The translations under genes were made by a program, and so were the position numbers. DNA of 64,000 bases, from NCBI GenBank assembly GCA_965214705.1, contig OZ243972.1, forward strand, positions 3,616,001-3,680,000, written 5' to 3'. This DNA is from Alphaproteobacteria bacterium. Its GTDB lineage: Bacteria > Pseudomonadota > Alphaproteobacteria > UBA828. Positions 31,273-40,956 of the stretch are shown one piece after another; the first letter of the stretch is position 1; each line of letters opens with the position of its first letter. The notes under the pieces are model-generated. The model searched no databases, was not told where the DNA came from, and saw only the letters and a list, made by a program, of their open reading frames with translations.

Positions 31273-31593
31273 ATGTCGCAACCAGCGCAGAAGCGACCGG
31301 ATTCGGCGTGCCGGCTCGTGCGTCTAGCCGAGACCGAGCGGCCGGAGGTCACGATCTATCACGACGGGCAGCCGCTGGAAGCGCTCGCCGGCGACACGCT
31401 GCTGACGGCGTTGCTCTGCAACGGAGTCGCGCTCCGCCGGAACGAGTTCGACGGGGGGCTCCGCGCCGGATTCTGCAACATGGGCGCGTGTCAGGACTGT
31501 TGGGTCGTGCTCGAAAACGGGCGTCGCGCCCGCGCGTGCACGACGGAGGTGCAGGACGGCATGCGCGTGCGCGCGCCCGAATCCGAGACATGA
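31273..31593 (+). CDS. (2Fe-2S)-binding subunit of an opine/D-amino-acid oxidase complex (HcnA-like)
   Basis: GDTLLTALL, FCNMGACQDC, RACTT, GMRV. Confidence 0.85.
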   Translation: MSQPAQKRPDSACRLVRLAETERPEVTIYHDGQPLEALAGDTLLTALLCNGVALRRNEFDGGLRAGFCNMGACQDCWVVLENGRRARACTTEVQDGMRVRAPESET

Positions 31594-32993
31594 GCGACGG
31601 CACGCCCAGGGTGCTGATCGTCGGCGCAGGCCCGGCGGGAACGCGGGCGGCGGAGACGCTGGTCGCGCACGGCTTAGCACCGGTCGTGGTCGACGAGAAC
31701 GCGCGCAGCGGCGGACAGATCTATCGCCGGCCGCCGGAGGGCTTCAAGCGGCCGGCCGCCGCGCTCTACGGCTTCGAGGCGGGCAAGGCGCAGGCGGTGC
31801 ACGCGGCGCTCGACGGCTTGCGGGCGCGCATCGACTACCGCCCCGACACCATGATCTGGAACATCGAGGGCGGCGTGGCCCAGGCGCTCGGGCCGGACGG
31901 CATCGAGCGGATCGCGTTCGACGCGCTCATCCTCGCCACCGGGGCCATGGACCGGGTGATCCCGTTTCCGGGCTGGACGCTGCCCGGCGTGTTCACCATG
32001 GGGGGCTCGCAGGTCGCGCTGAAGGCGCAGGGCTGCGCCATTGGCGATCCGGTGGTCTTCATGGGCACCGGGCCGCTGCTCTACCTCGTGGCCTACCAGT
32101 ACGCCCACGCGGGCGCGCGCGTGGCGGCGGTGCTGGACACGTCCCACTTGTCCCAGGCGATCCCGGTGTTTTCCGGCCTGCTCCGGGGCGGGCGGACCTT
32201 CGCCAAGGGCCTCTGGTACATGACCTGGCCGCGCACGGCGGGGATCCCGGTGCGGCGCGGCATCACGCCGGTGGCGGCCGAGGGCGAGGCTGCGCTGGAG
32301 GCCGTGCGCTATCGGGACCGGCGCGGACGCGAGCGCCGCATCGCCTGCACCGGGCTCGGCATCGGCTACAGCGTGAAGTCCGAGGTGCAGCTGGCGGAGC
32401 TTGCCGGCTGCGAGATGGCCTTCGACCCGCTGGCGCAGCAATGGCTGCCGCAGGCGGACGAGGACGGCCGGGCGCTCTCGGGCTCGGTCTATCTCGCGGG
32501 CGACGGTGCCGGCGTGGCCGGTGCCGATGCGGCGGAGGTACGCGGCCGGCTCGCGGCGCTCGCCCTGCTCGCCGACACGGGCATCGCGTCGGACCGCGCG
32601 CTGCAGGCGAGGTTGCGGGGGAAGCTCCGGCGCATCATGCGCTTCCGCGACGCGCTGGAGCGGGCCATGCCGGCGCCCTTCCACATGGCGCGGACGCTGC
32701 CGGATGAGACCGTGATCTGCCGCTGCGAGGCGATCACCGCCGGCGAAATTCGCCAGGGCCGGGCGCTGGATCCGGCCGAAATGAACCGGGCCAAGGCCTT
32801 CACGCGTGTGGGCATGGGGCGCTGCCAGGGCCGGGTGTGCGGTCCCGCCGCCGCCCAGATCCTCGCTGCCGCGCGCGGCCGCAAGGTCGAGGAGGTGGGC
32901 CGCCTGCGCGGCCAGGCGCCAGTGAAACCGCTTACGATCCGCGCGGGCGCCGAAGCCGCGGTCGAGGATCGCGCACGGGCGGCCTCCATATGA
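31590..32993 (+). CDS. FAD/NAD(P)-binding oxidoreductase with BFD-like Fe-S domain (OoxA/HcnB-like)
   Basis: IVGAGPAG, GGQIYR, ATGAMDRVIPFPGWTLPGV, ICRCE, TRVGMGRCQGRVC. Confidence 0.87.
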   Translation: MSDGTPRVLIVGAGPAGTRAAETLVAHGLAPVVVDENARSGGQIYRRPPEGFKRPAAALYGFEAGKAQAVHAALDGLRARIDYRPDTMIWNIEGGVAQALGPDGIERIAFDALILATGAMDRVIPFPGWTLPGVFTMGGSQVALKAQGCAIGDPVVFMGTGPLLYLVAYQYAHAGARVAAVLDTSHLSQAIPVFSGLLRGGRTFAKGLWYMTWPRTAGIPVRRGITPVAAEGEAALEAVRYRDRRGRERRIACTGLGIGYSVKSEVQLAELAGCEMAFDPLAQQWLPQADEDGRALSGSVYLAGDGAGVAGADAAEVRGRLAALALLADTGIASDRALQARLRGKLRRIMRFRDALERAMPAPFHMARTLPDETVICRCEAITAGEIRQGRALDPAEMNRAKAFTRVGMGRCQGRVCGPAAAQILAAARGRKVEEVGRLRGQAPVKPLTIRAGAEAAVEDRARAASI

Positions 32994-34105
32994 GCGAGTC
33001 GCGGACCGACGTGGTCATCGTCGGCGGCGGGCTGGTCGGCTGCGCCGCCGCGCTGCGCCTGCGCGAGCGGGGCGCGAGCGTCGCGGTGGTGGAGAAGAAC
33101 CAGCTCGGGGCGGCGGCGAGCGGCGTCAATTTCGGGGGTGTGCGGCGCAACGGCCGCAAGCTCGCGGAGCTGCCCATCGCGGCGCGCGCCATCGCCGTCT
33201 GGAAGCGCCTGCCGGAGCTGGTGGGCAGCGACTGCGAGTACGAGATCACCGGCAATATCAAGGTGGCGCGCAACGAGAAGGACCTGGAGCAAATCGCGGC
33301 CCACGCCGAGGCGCAGGCCGAGTACGGGGTCGAGGTCCACATGCTGGGCCGCAACGCGTTGCGCGACCGTTATCCCTGGCTCGGGCCGAGCGCCGTGGGC
33401 GCCGCCTATTGCCCGAGCGACGGGCAGGCCAACCCGCGCCTGGTGGGGCCGGCCTTCGCGCGGGCGGCGCGGGCGGCGGGCGCCGAGCTGATCGAGCTGG
33501 ACGGCGCGAAGCACGTGGAACGCGACGGCGGTGGCTTCGTGGTCGAGACCGAATCCGGGCGCACGCTGCGCGGGGGCGCGCTGATCAACAGCTCTGGCGC
33601 CTGGGGCGCGCGGCTCGCGGCGCGCTTCGGCGAGCAGGTCGAGATCTGGCCGATGGAGCCGCAGATGATCGTCACCGAGCCCGCGCCCTACTTCATGGTG
33701 CCCGTGCTCGCCGTGATGGGCGGCGACGTCTACGCGCGGCAGATCCCGCGCGGCAACGTCATCTTCGGCGGGCGCAGCGGGACGGCAGACCTGGACGTGG
33801 GCTTCGGCAAGGTGAGCGCAGAGGAGAGCCTGACCACGCTGGCGCGGACCATCGACATCATCCCCCGCATCGCCGAGCTCTCCGTGATCCGCTTCTGGAG
33901 CGGGGTGGAGGGCTGCACGCCGGATCACCTGCCGGTGCTTTGCCCGAGCCGGACCACGCCGGGCCTGGTCCATGCCTTCGGCTTCAGCGGGCACGGGTTC
34001 TGCCTGGGCCCGGCGTCCGGCGCGGTGGCGGCGGAGCTCGCGCTGGACGGCCGCACCGAGACGCCCATCGAGGGCTTCGACATCGGCCGCTTTTCCGAAG
34101 CGTAG
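32990..34105 (+). CDS. DAO-family FAD-dependent oxidoreductase (OoxB/HcnC-like)
   Basis: IVGGGLVG, ASGVNFGGVR, DGQANP, GAW, TPDHLP, GFSGHGF. Confidence 0.87.
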   Translation: MSESRTDVVIVGGGLVGCAAALRLRERGASVAVVEKNQLGAAASGVNFGGVRRNGRKLAELPIAARAIAVWKRLPELVGSDCEYEITGNIKVARNEKDLEQIAAHAEAQAEYGVEVHMLGRNALRDRYPWLGPSAVGAAYCPSDGQANPRLVGPAFARAARAAGAELIELDGAKHVERDGGGFVVETESGRTLRGGALINSSGAWGARLAARFGEQVEIWPMEPQMIVTEPAPYFMVPVLAVMGGDVYARQIPRGNVIFGGRSGTADLDVGFGKVSAEESLTTLARTIDIIPRIAELSVIRFWSGVEGCTPDHLPVLCPSRTTPGLVHAFGFSGHGFCLGPASGAVAAELALDGRTETPIEGFDIGRFSEA

Positions 34106-34115
34106 CTGGAGGCGT

Positions 34116-35306
34116 CTACGTCTGGCTCGCGACCAGGCGGTCGCCGAGCAGGGCCATGGCGTCGCCGTCGATGTTGGCGAGCGCGAAGCGGAGGTAGCCG
34201 TCCTGGTCAGGGCCGAAGGCGCTGCCGGGCAGGCAGAGCACGTTCTCTTCCCGGATGAGCCGCTGGGCGACATCGACGGCAGGCGTGCCGGCGAAGGGAT
34301 GGCGCACGTAGGCGAAGAAGGCGCCGGCGCAGATCAGCGCGTAGGCGAGGTCCTGGCGCTCGAAGACGGCGCGGAACTGGGCGACTCGCTCCAGCACGAG
34401 GCGCCGCTTGTCGGCGCGGAAGTCCGCGAGATGGTTGAGGCCGTAGAGCGCCGCCTCCTGCGCGATGGCGGGCGCGCAGATGGCGACACAATCGGCGGCC
34501 TTGGCGACCTCGGCGAGCAGCTCGCCCGAAGCCACCAGCGCGCCGACCCGGTAGCCGGTGAGGCTGTAGACCTTGGAGAAGCTGTAGAGGTGGACCAGCG
34601 TCCGGTCCCAATCCGGGCGTGCGAACAGGCCGTGGGGAGGGCCGTCGCCGGGCAGGAAGTCTCGGTAGGTCTCGTCCAGCACCAGGGCGAGGCCGGCGTC
34701 GCGCGCGAGGCGGTGGAACTCCTCGATGACCGCCGGCGGATAGATGGCGCCCGTGGGGTTGTTGGGGGTCACCAGCACGATGGCGCGGGTGCGGGGCGTG
34801 ATCCGCGCCGCCGCATCGGCCGGGTCCGGCACGCCGCCCCGCTCGGGCCGGAAGGGCAGGTAGACCGGCGCGATGCCCAGCATCTCCAGCCACATCTGGT
34901 AGTTGAAGTAGGAAGGCGCGGCGAGAATCGCCTCGTCGCCCGGCCCGGCGAGCGCCATCAGCGCGAGGCAGAAGGCCTGGTTGCAGCCTGCGGTGATCGC
35001 CACCCGATCGCGGGTCACGTCGCCGCCGTAGGTCTCCGACAGGGCCGCTGCGAGGGCGTCGCGCAAATCGTCCCGGCCGACGATGGGGGTGTAGCGTGCG
35101 GTCTCCGGCCGGCGCACCGCGTCCGCCAGATGGGCGGTGAGCGAGTCGGCCGGTGGGTAGGCCGGCACCGCCTGGGCGAGATCGAGCAGCGGCTTCTCGG
35201 GCGGGTAATCGCGCCCCGCGGCGAGCTTCGCGATTTCGGCGATGGGCGGCGGGATGACGGCGCCGAGCGCCGGGTTGATGCGGTAGGCGAGGCCGCCGGT
35301 GCTAAT
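34116..35306 (-). CDS. Class I/II PLP aminotransferase (start uncertain, probably ATT)
   Basis: ITAGCNQAF, VTPNNPTG, LDETYRDF, YSFSKVYSLTGYRVG, PGSAFG, YLRF. No ATG/GTG/TTG near the expected N-terminus. Confidence 0.85.
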   Translation of the reverse strand: MSTGGLAYRINPALGAVIPPPIAEIAKLAAGRDYPPEKPLLDLAQAVPAYPPADSLTAHLADAVRRPETARYTPIVGRDDLRDALAAALSETYGGDVTRDRVAITAGCNQAFCLALMALAGPGDEAILAAPSYFNYQMWLEMLGIAPVYLPFRPERGGVPDPADAAARITPRTRAIVLVTPNNPTGAIYPPAVIEEFHRLARDAGLALVLDETYRDFLPGDGPPHGLFARPDWDRTLVHLYSFSKVYSLTGYRVGALVASGELLAEVAKAADCVAICAPAIAQEAALYGLNHLADFRADKRRLVLERVAQFRAVFERQDLAYALICAGAFFAYVRHPFAGTPAVDVAQRLIREENVLCLPGSAFGPDQDGYLRFALANIDGDAMALLGDRLVASQT

Positions 35307-36663
35307 AGGCGTATTCCTCGAAGAGCGGCTCGATGCTGCGGCCCCAGCGGCCCTCGTAGGCTTCCAGCATGTCGTCGGCGGCGGTGCGCCCGCTCTCGGC
35401 GATCTGGCGCAGGTAGGTGAGGTAAGAGCGCTCGTCGGAATCGAGGTTGCCGGCAACTGCGCGACGCATGAGGCCGCCGGCCGCGATCTCCACCGTGTCG
35501 CGGGCGACCTCCTGTACCGACCTACCACCGACCGTGGCGCGGAGCGCATCCCGCGGCACGGCGCCGAGCATCGCCGCGACGTCGTCGGCGGACCAGTCGG
35601 AGACCAGCGCCTCGGCCTCGTTCAATGCGGTCGAATCGTAGAGCAGACCGACCCAGAGGGCGGGCAGCGCGCAGACCTTGCCCCAGGGGCCGCTGTCCGC
35701 GCCGCGCATCTCGATGAAGGTCTTGAGCCGGACCTCGGGGAAGACGGTGGTGAGGTGATCCTCCCAGTCCTTGAGCGTCGGCCGCTCGCCGGGGAGCTGG
35801 GGCAGGGCGCCTTCCATGAAGTCGCGGAAGGATTCGCCCGCCACGTCGACGTAGCCGCCGTTGCGCGCCACGAAGTACATGGGCGCGTCCAGCACGTAGT
35901 CGGCATAGCGCTCGAAGCCCATGCCGGGCTCGAAGACGAAGCCGAGCAGGCCGCAGCGGTCCGGGTCGGTATCGGTCCAGACATGGCTGCGGTAGCTGCG
36001 GAAGCCGCTCGGCTTGCCTTCGACAAAGGGCGAGATGGCGAACAGCGCGGTGGCGACCGGCTGCAGGGCCATGGCGACGCGCATCTTGCGCACCATGTCG
36101 GCTTCCGAGTCGAAATCGAGATTGACCTGCACGGTGCAGGTGCGGGTCATCATGTCGAGGCCGAGGCTGCCCCGCGTTGGCATGTAGCGGCGCATGATCG
36201 CGTAGCGACCCTTTGGCATCCACGGGATCGCCTCGCGCGGCGCATCGGGGCGGAAGCCCACGCCGTAGAAGCCGATGCCGAGCTCGGCGGAGACCGTCCG
36301 CACCTGATCCAGGTGCGCGTGCACCTCGTCGCAGGTGCGGTGCAGGTTGTGGAGCGGAGCGCCCGAAAGCTCGAGCTGGCCGCCCGGCTCCAGGGTCACC
36401 GACTGGCCGTCCTTGAGCAGGGCGATGGGGTTGCCGTTCTCCAGGTAGGGGGTCCAGCCGTAGCGCTGAAGCCCCTCCAGGAGCGCGCGGATGCCCCACG
36501 GCCCCTCGTAGGGGAGCGGCGCATGGTCCGCGATGCGATGGCCGAACTTCTCGTGCTCCGTGCCGATGCGCCACGTGGAGCGCGGCTTGCAGCCGGATTC
36601 GAGATAGGCGATCAGGTCGCGGCGGGTGAGCGTCTCGCCTCGCCTGGTGGCGCTTTCGTTCAC
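35302..36663 (-). CDS. gshA: Glutamate-cysteine ligase (alphaproteobacterial/plant type)
   Basis: WRIGTEHEKF, TLEPGGQLELSG, MPKGRY, TCTVQVNLD, FPEVRLKTFIEMRGAD. Confidence 0.95.
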   Translation of the reverse strand: MNESATRRGETLTRRDLIAYLESGCKPRSTWRIGTEHEKFGHRIADHAPLPYEGPWGIRALLEGLQRYGWTPYLENGNPIALLKDGQSVTLEPGGQLELSGAPLHNLHRTCDEVHAHLDQVRTVSAELGIGFYGVGFRPDAPREAIPWMPKGRYAIMRRYMPTRGSLGLDMMTRTCTVQVNLDFDSEADMVRKMRVAMALQPVATALFAISPFVEGKPSGFRSYRSHVWTDTDPDRCGLLGFVFEPGMGFERYADYVLDAPMYFVARNGGYVDVAGESFRDFMEGALPQLPGERPTLKDWEDHLTTVFPEVRLKTFIEMRGADSGPWGKVCALPALWVGLLYDSTALNEAEALVSDWSADDVAAMLGAVPRDALRATVGGRSVQEVARDTVEIAAGGLMRRAVAGNLDSDERSYLTYLRQIAESGRTAADDMLEAYEGRWGRSIEPLFEEYAY

Positions 36664-36781
36664 GCCCCCTCCCAACGGTCGCGTCGAAGCTGTGCGGGGT
36701 TTCCCCTATTCGGGCGCTGCTGTCCAGCCTATCGAACGGCGAACCGGGACATGGCAGGGCTGTGTTTCACGCAGCGCGGCC

Positions 36782-37528
36782 TCATCGCCAGTCGCCGGCA
36801 AGGGTCTGCCAGCAGGCAAGAGCGGCTGCGACCGCGGTCTCGGCGCGCAGGATTCGGGGGCCGAGCCGGGCGTGCACGGCTGCTGGGTGATCGGCGAGCA
36901 GGCGCCGCTCGTCAGGCGCGAAGCCGCCTTCGGGCCCGATCAGGATGGCCCAGGACGCGCCGGCGTTGTCCGCCAGTGACTCGGCGACCGAGCGTTCCGC
37001 CTCGGGATCGCAGACCAGCAGCCGGCGGTCCGGCGGCCAGCCGGCGAGCGCATCGGCGAGAGAGCAGGGCGGTGCGATGGACGGCACCTCCAGGCGGCCG
37101 CACTGCTCCGCCGCCTCGATGGCATGCGCCCGGACTCGCTCGACATTGACCCGCCTGGTCTGGCCGTACCGGGTGAGGACCGGGTGGATGGCGCCGACGC
37201 CGAGCTCGGTCGCCTTCTCAACCACGAAGCGGGTGCGCTCGGACTTGAGCGGCGCGAACAGGAGCCGCAGGTCGGGCGGCGGAGGCTGTGCCGCGAGCCG
37301 CGCGCCCAGCCGAATGCCGGCGCGGCTGGGTGCGAGGGTCTCGATGGCGCCCTCCCACTCCCCGTCGCGGCCGTTGAACAGGCGAATCCGGTCCCCCGGC
37401 TTGCGGTGCATCACGTTGCGGAGGTAGTGGGCCTGGCCCGAGGCCAGCGTTGCCGTCGCGCCCACGTCGAGCGGGGCCTCGACGAAGAGGCGGATGGTGC
37501 TCGGGCCGTCGTCGCGCTCGCCCGCCAT
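36782..37528 (-). CDS. rsmE: 16S rRNA m3U1498 methyltransferase
   Basis: HYLRNVM, FNGRDGEW, EKATELGV, EAAEQC, IGPEGGF, LGPRILRAETA. Confidence 0.95.
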   Translation of the reverse strand: MAGERDDGPSTIRLFVEAPLDVGATATLASGQAHYLRNVMHRKPGDRIRLFNGRDGEWEGAIETLAPSRAGIRLGARLAAQPPPPDLRLLFAPLKSERTRFVVEKATELGVGAIHPVLTRYGQTRRVNVERVRAHAIEAAEQCGRLEVPSIAPPCSLADALAGWPPDRRLLVCDPEAERSVAESLADNAGASWAILIGPEGGFAPDERRLLADHPAAVHARLGPRILRAETAVAAALACWQTLAGDWR

Positions 37529-37578
37529 GGGCGGCTCTCCGCTTGTCAGTGCCAGGGCGCCACGATACACCAGCAGCC

Positions 37579-38514
37579 ATGGCCGAGCGCCTGCACACCA
37601 TGGCCGGAGCATCCGCCGGGCGTAGCCCAGGAGGGCCTGGGCCGGTCGAGCGGGCAGCGCCGCCCTTCGCCCGCCCCTTCGTCGCGCTGGCGCGGCTGGA
37701 TCAGCCGGTCGGCGTCTGGCTCCTGCTCTGGCCCTGCCTCTGGGCCATCGGACTCGCCTCCGACGGCCTGCCGGATATCGGGCTGCTGGTGCTCTTCACT
37801 GCCGGCGCCTTCGTGATGCGGGCCGCCGGCTGCACGCTGAACGACATCTTCGACCGCGACTTCGACGCGCAAGTGGAGCGCACGCGGCGGCGGCCGCTGC
37901 CCTCCGGCGCCATCGGGGTGAAAGGGGCCGTCGCCTTCATGGCGGTGCTGCTAGGCGCGGGCCTCGCGATCCTGCTCCAGTTCAACCTGTTCGCGATTCT
38001 GCTCGGCGCGGGCTCGCTGCTGCTGGTGGTGCTCTACCCCTTGATGAAACGTATCACCTATTGGCCGCAAGCCTTTCTGGGGCTTACGTTTAACTATGGC
38101 GCGCTGCTGGGCTGGGCGGCGGTCGAGGGCGGCATCGGCTGGCCGGCGGGGCTGCTCTACGCGGGCGGCATCGCCTGGACGCTCGGCTACGACACGATCT
38201 ACGCGCACCAGGACAAGGAGGACGACCTCCTGATCGGTGTGAAGTCCAGCGCCATCGCCCTCGGCCAGCGGACGCGGCCGTTCCTGATCGCGTTCTACGT
38301 GGCGGCGGTGGCGGGCTTCGCGGGCGCCGGAGTCGCCGCCGAGGCGGCCTGGCCCTACTTCGTGGGCGTGGCGGTGGCGGCGGTGCTGCTCGGCTGGCAG
38401 GCGCTCCGCGTGCGCATCGACAGCCCGGCGGACTGCCTCGCCAAGTTCAAGAACAACAGCTTGGTGGGCCTCGCGCTCTTCGCCGGCATCGTGGCCGCGC
38501 AAGCGCTCGGTTGA
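37579..38514 (+). CDS. ubiA: 4-hydroxybenzoate polyprenyltransferase
   Basis: RLDQPVG, GCTLNDIFDRDFDAQVERT..RPL, YPLMKR, YDTIYAHQDKEDD. Confidence 0.95.
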   Translation: MAERLHTMAGASAGRSPGGPGPVERAAPPFARPFVALARLDQPVGVWLLLWPCLWAIGLASDGLPDIGLLVLFTAGAFVMRAAGCTLNDIFDRDFDAQVERTRRRPLPSGAIGVKGAVAFMAVLLGAGLAILLQFNLFAILLGAGSLLLVVLYPLMKRITYWPQAFLGLTFNYGALLGWAAVEGGIGWPAGLLYAGGIAWTLGYDTIYAHQDKEDDLLIGVKSSAIALGQRTRPFLIAFYVAAVAGFAGAGVAAEAAWPYFVGVAVAAVLLGWQALRVRIDSPADCLAKFKNNSLVGLALFAGIVAAQALG

Positions 38515-38517
38515 AAG

Positions 38518-39333
38518 TCACGGCGCGACGGCCGTGAAGTCGGCGTAAGAGAAGGGCTGCGCCTCTGCCCTGAGCCGCGCGGTACGCTTCTGCCTGACCG
38601 CCTCGTCGGCGACGGCTTCCAGGATGAAATCGTCCAGCGGCCCCCGTGCGCCGAGCATGGCCTGAATCGCCTGCAGCGCCTCGGTCTGCGAGCAGGTGCG
38701 GAAGCGCCGGCCCTCGGCCCGGATGGCGGCGAGGGCGAGCGGCGCGCCCTCCGGCGCGATGTGGCCGTAGCCGCCGACGTAGGTGCTCACCCGGTCCATG
38801 GGCGGCAGCAGGTCGGGCTCCAAGCGGATGTTGCGAAGCGGGCCGAAGCGGTAGGTGTGGCGGCGAAACTCGGTCTCGTGCATGCGGGCAAGCGCGCGCG
38901 CGTCGAGCCAGGTGATGGCGATGTGGCAGACCGTGCCGGGGGAAGGAGCGATGGTCGCCGGCACCGCGCCGTAGCTTGAGATGTGGGCGGCGTGGACGAT
39001 GTCGAAACCGTGGAGCCGCGCCTCGAGGACCGGGAAGACCGCCGGCCCCACGGGCGCGAACTTTCGCTGCAGGCGTTCGGGCGCGGCGTTGGCGCCGTAG
39101 GCCAACACCGGCGTGCGCTGGCTGAGCGGCGCAGGGGCGGCGATGCCGCGTTGCCGCAGCGGGGTGCCCGCCGGCACGGATCGCCCGTCGATTTCGACCT
39201 CCGCGTCTTCCAATGCTTCGCCGAGGGCGTTGAGGCGCCACGCCTCGCCGTCCACGTAGAGGAAGGAATACCCCGGCCGCGGGAAGGGATAGCGCTTCGC
39301 GGTCTCGATCAGGGCAGCGTCCGGGGACGTCAT
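38518..39333 (-). CDS. Hypothetical protein, possibly gamma-glutamylcyclotransferase-like fold
   Basis: Clean ORF; PVLAYGAN resembles the GGCT/ChaC (F/L)xYGS(N/L) motif; MHETE may carry the catalytic Glu. Confidence 0.55.
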   Translation of the reverse strand: MTSPDAALIETAKRYPFPRPGYSFLYVDGEAWRLNALGEALEDAEVEIDGRSVPAGTPLRQRGIAAPAPLSQRTPVLAYGANAAPERLQRKFAPVGPAVFPVLEARLHGFDIVHAAHISSYGAVPATIAPSPGTVCHIAITWLDARALARMHETEFRRHTYRFGPLRNIRLEPDLLPPMDRVSTYVGGYGHIAPEGAPLALAAIRAEGRRFRTCSQTEALQAIQAMLGARGPLDDFILEAVADEAVRQKRTARLRAEAQPFSYADFTAVAP

Positions 39334-39422
39334 GATCGGTCGCACCCTGCCAACGCGCGGTTGCGCGGGCTTGACGGGCGCCGGCGCCTGCCCATGAATG
39401 TGGGCCTCCCGCCGAGGTGCCG

Positions 39423-40931
39423 ATGGCCTATCGATCGTTGCGCGACTTCATCGCCCGCCTGGAGGGCGCGGGCCGGCTCAACCGGGTCTCGGCGCCGGTC
39501 TCGCCCCATCTGGAGATGACCGAGATCCAGACCCGTCTCATCGCAGACGGGGGGCCGGCGGTGCTGTTCGAGAACGTCGTCGGCGAGGACGGCGCCCGCT
39601 TGGACATGCCGGTGCTGGTCAACCTCTTCGGCACGGTGGAGCGGGTCGCCTGGGGCATGAACCGGGAGCCCGGCAGCTTGCGCGAGGTGGGCGAGACGCT
39701 CGCCTTCCTGCGGCAGCCAGAGCCGCCGAGCGGCTGGCGCGAGGCGGTCGAGATGCTGCCGCTGCTCAACACTGTGCGCGCGATGAAGCCCCGCACCGTG
39801 GGCGGCGGGCCGGTGCAGGAGGTGGTGCTCACCGGCGAGGACATCGACCTCGGCCGGCTGCCGATCCAGACCTGCTGGCCGGGGGAGCCCGCGCCGCTGA
39901 TCACCTGGCCGCTGGTGGTGACGAAGGGGCCGAGCCGCTCGCGCATCGACAACTACAACCTCGGCATCTACCGGATGCAGGTGACCGGCCGCGACACCAC
40001 GCTGATGCGCTGGCTCGCGCACCGGGGCGGCGCCCAGCAGCACCGGCGCTGGGGGCAGGAGAAGCGAGAGCCGCTGCCGGCTGCGGCGGTGATCGGCGCG
40101 GACCCCGGCACGATCCTCGCGGCGGTGACGCCGGTGCCGGATACGCTCTCGGAATATCAGTTCGCGGGCCTCCTGCGCGGCCAGAAGGTAGAGCTGGTGC
40201 AGGCCAAGACGGTGCCGCTCGAGGTGCCGGCCGAAGCCGAGATCGTCATCGAGGGCCATGTCAGCCTCGACGACTATGAGGACGAAGGCCCCTACGGCGA
40301 TCATACAGGCTACTACAACGCGGTCGAGCCGTTCCCGGTGTTCACGGTCTCCGCCATCACCATGCGGCGGGAGCCGATCTACCTCTCGACCTATACCGGG
40401 CGCCCGCCAGACGAGCCGAGCATCCTGGGCGAGGCGCTGAACGAGGTGTTCATTCCGCTACTGGTCCAGCAGTTCCCGGAGATCGTGGACTTCTGGCTGC
40501 CGCCGGAGGGCTGCAGCTACCGGATCGCCGTGGTCTCCATCAGGAAGTCCTACGCGGGCCACGCCAAGCGCGTGATGATGGCCGTCTGGTCCTATCTGCG
40601 GCAGTTCATGTATACGAAATGGGTGATCGTGGTGGACGACGACATCGACGCGCGCGACTGGAAGGACGTGATGTGGGCGGTCTCCACCCGCATGGACCCG
40701 GCGCGTGACATCACGATCGTCGAGAACACGCCCATCGACTATCTCGACTTCGCGAGCCCGGAGCCGGGGCTCGGCGCCAAGATCGGCCTGGATGCGACGA
40801 CCAAGATGGGGCCCGAGACGAGCCGGACCTGGGGCACGCGTATCCGCATGGCGGACGAGATCGTGGAGCGGGTGACGGACAAGTGGGAGTCGTACGGCCT
40901 GCCGGGCTCGGGCAAGCCGATCTGGCGGTAA
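39423..40931 (+). CDS. ubiD: UbiD-family 3-polyprenyl-4-hydroxybenzoate decarboxylase
   Basis: [55 protein letters not shown]. Confidence 0.95.
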   Translation: MAYRSLRDFIARLEGAGRLNRVSAPVSPHLEMTEIQTRLIADGGPAVLFENVVGEDGARLDMPVLVNLFGTVERVAWGMNREPGSLREVGETLAFLRQPEPPSGWREAVEMLPLLNTVRAMKPRTVGGGPVQEVVLTGEDIDLGRLPIQTCWPGEPAPLITWPLVVTKGPSRSRIDNYNLGIYRMQVTGRDTTLMRWLAHRGGAQQHRRWGQEKREPLPAAAVIGADPGTILAAVTPVPDTLSEYQFAGLLRGQKVELVQAKTVPLEVPAEAEIVIEGHVSLDDYEDEGPYGDHTGYYNAVEPFPVFTVSAITMRREPIYLSTYTGRPPDEPSILGEALNEVFIPLLVQQFPEIVDFWLPPEGCSYRIAVVSIRKSYAGHAKRVMMAVWSYLRQFMYTKWVIVVDDDIDARDWKDVMWAVSTRMDPARDITIVENTPIDYLDFASPEPGLGAKIGLDATTKMGPETSRTWGTRIRMADEIVERVTDKWESYGLPGSGKPIWR

Positions 40932-40956
40932 TCAGCACTCAGTTGGGGAATCAGGC

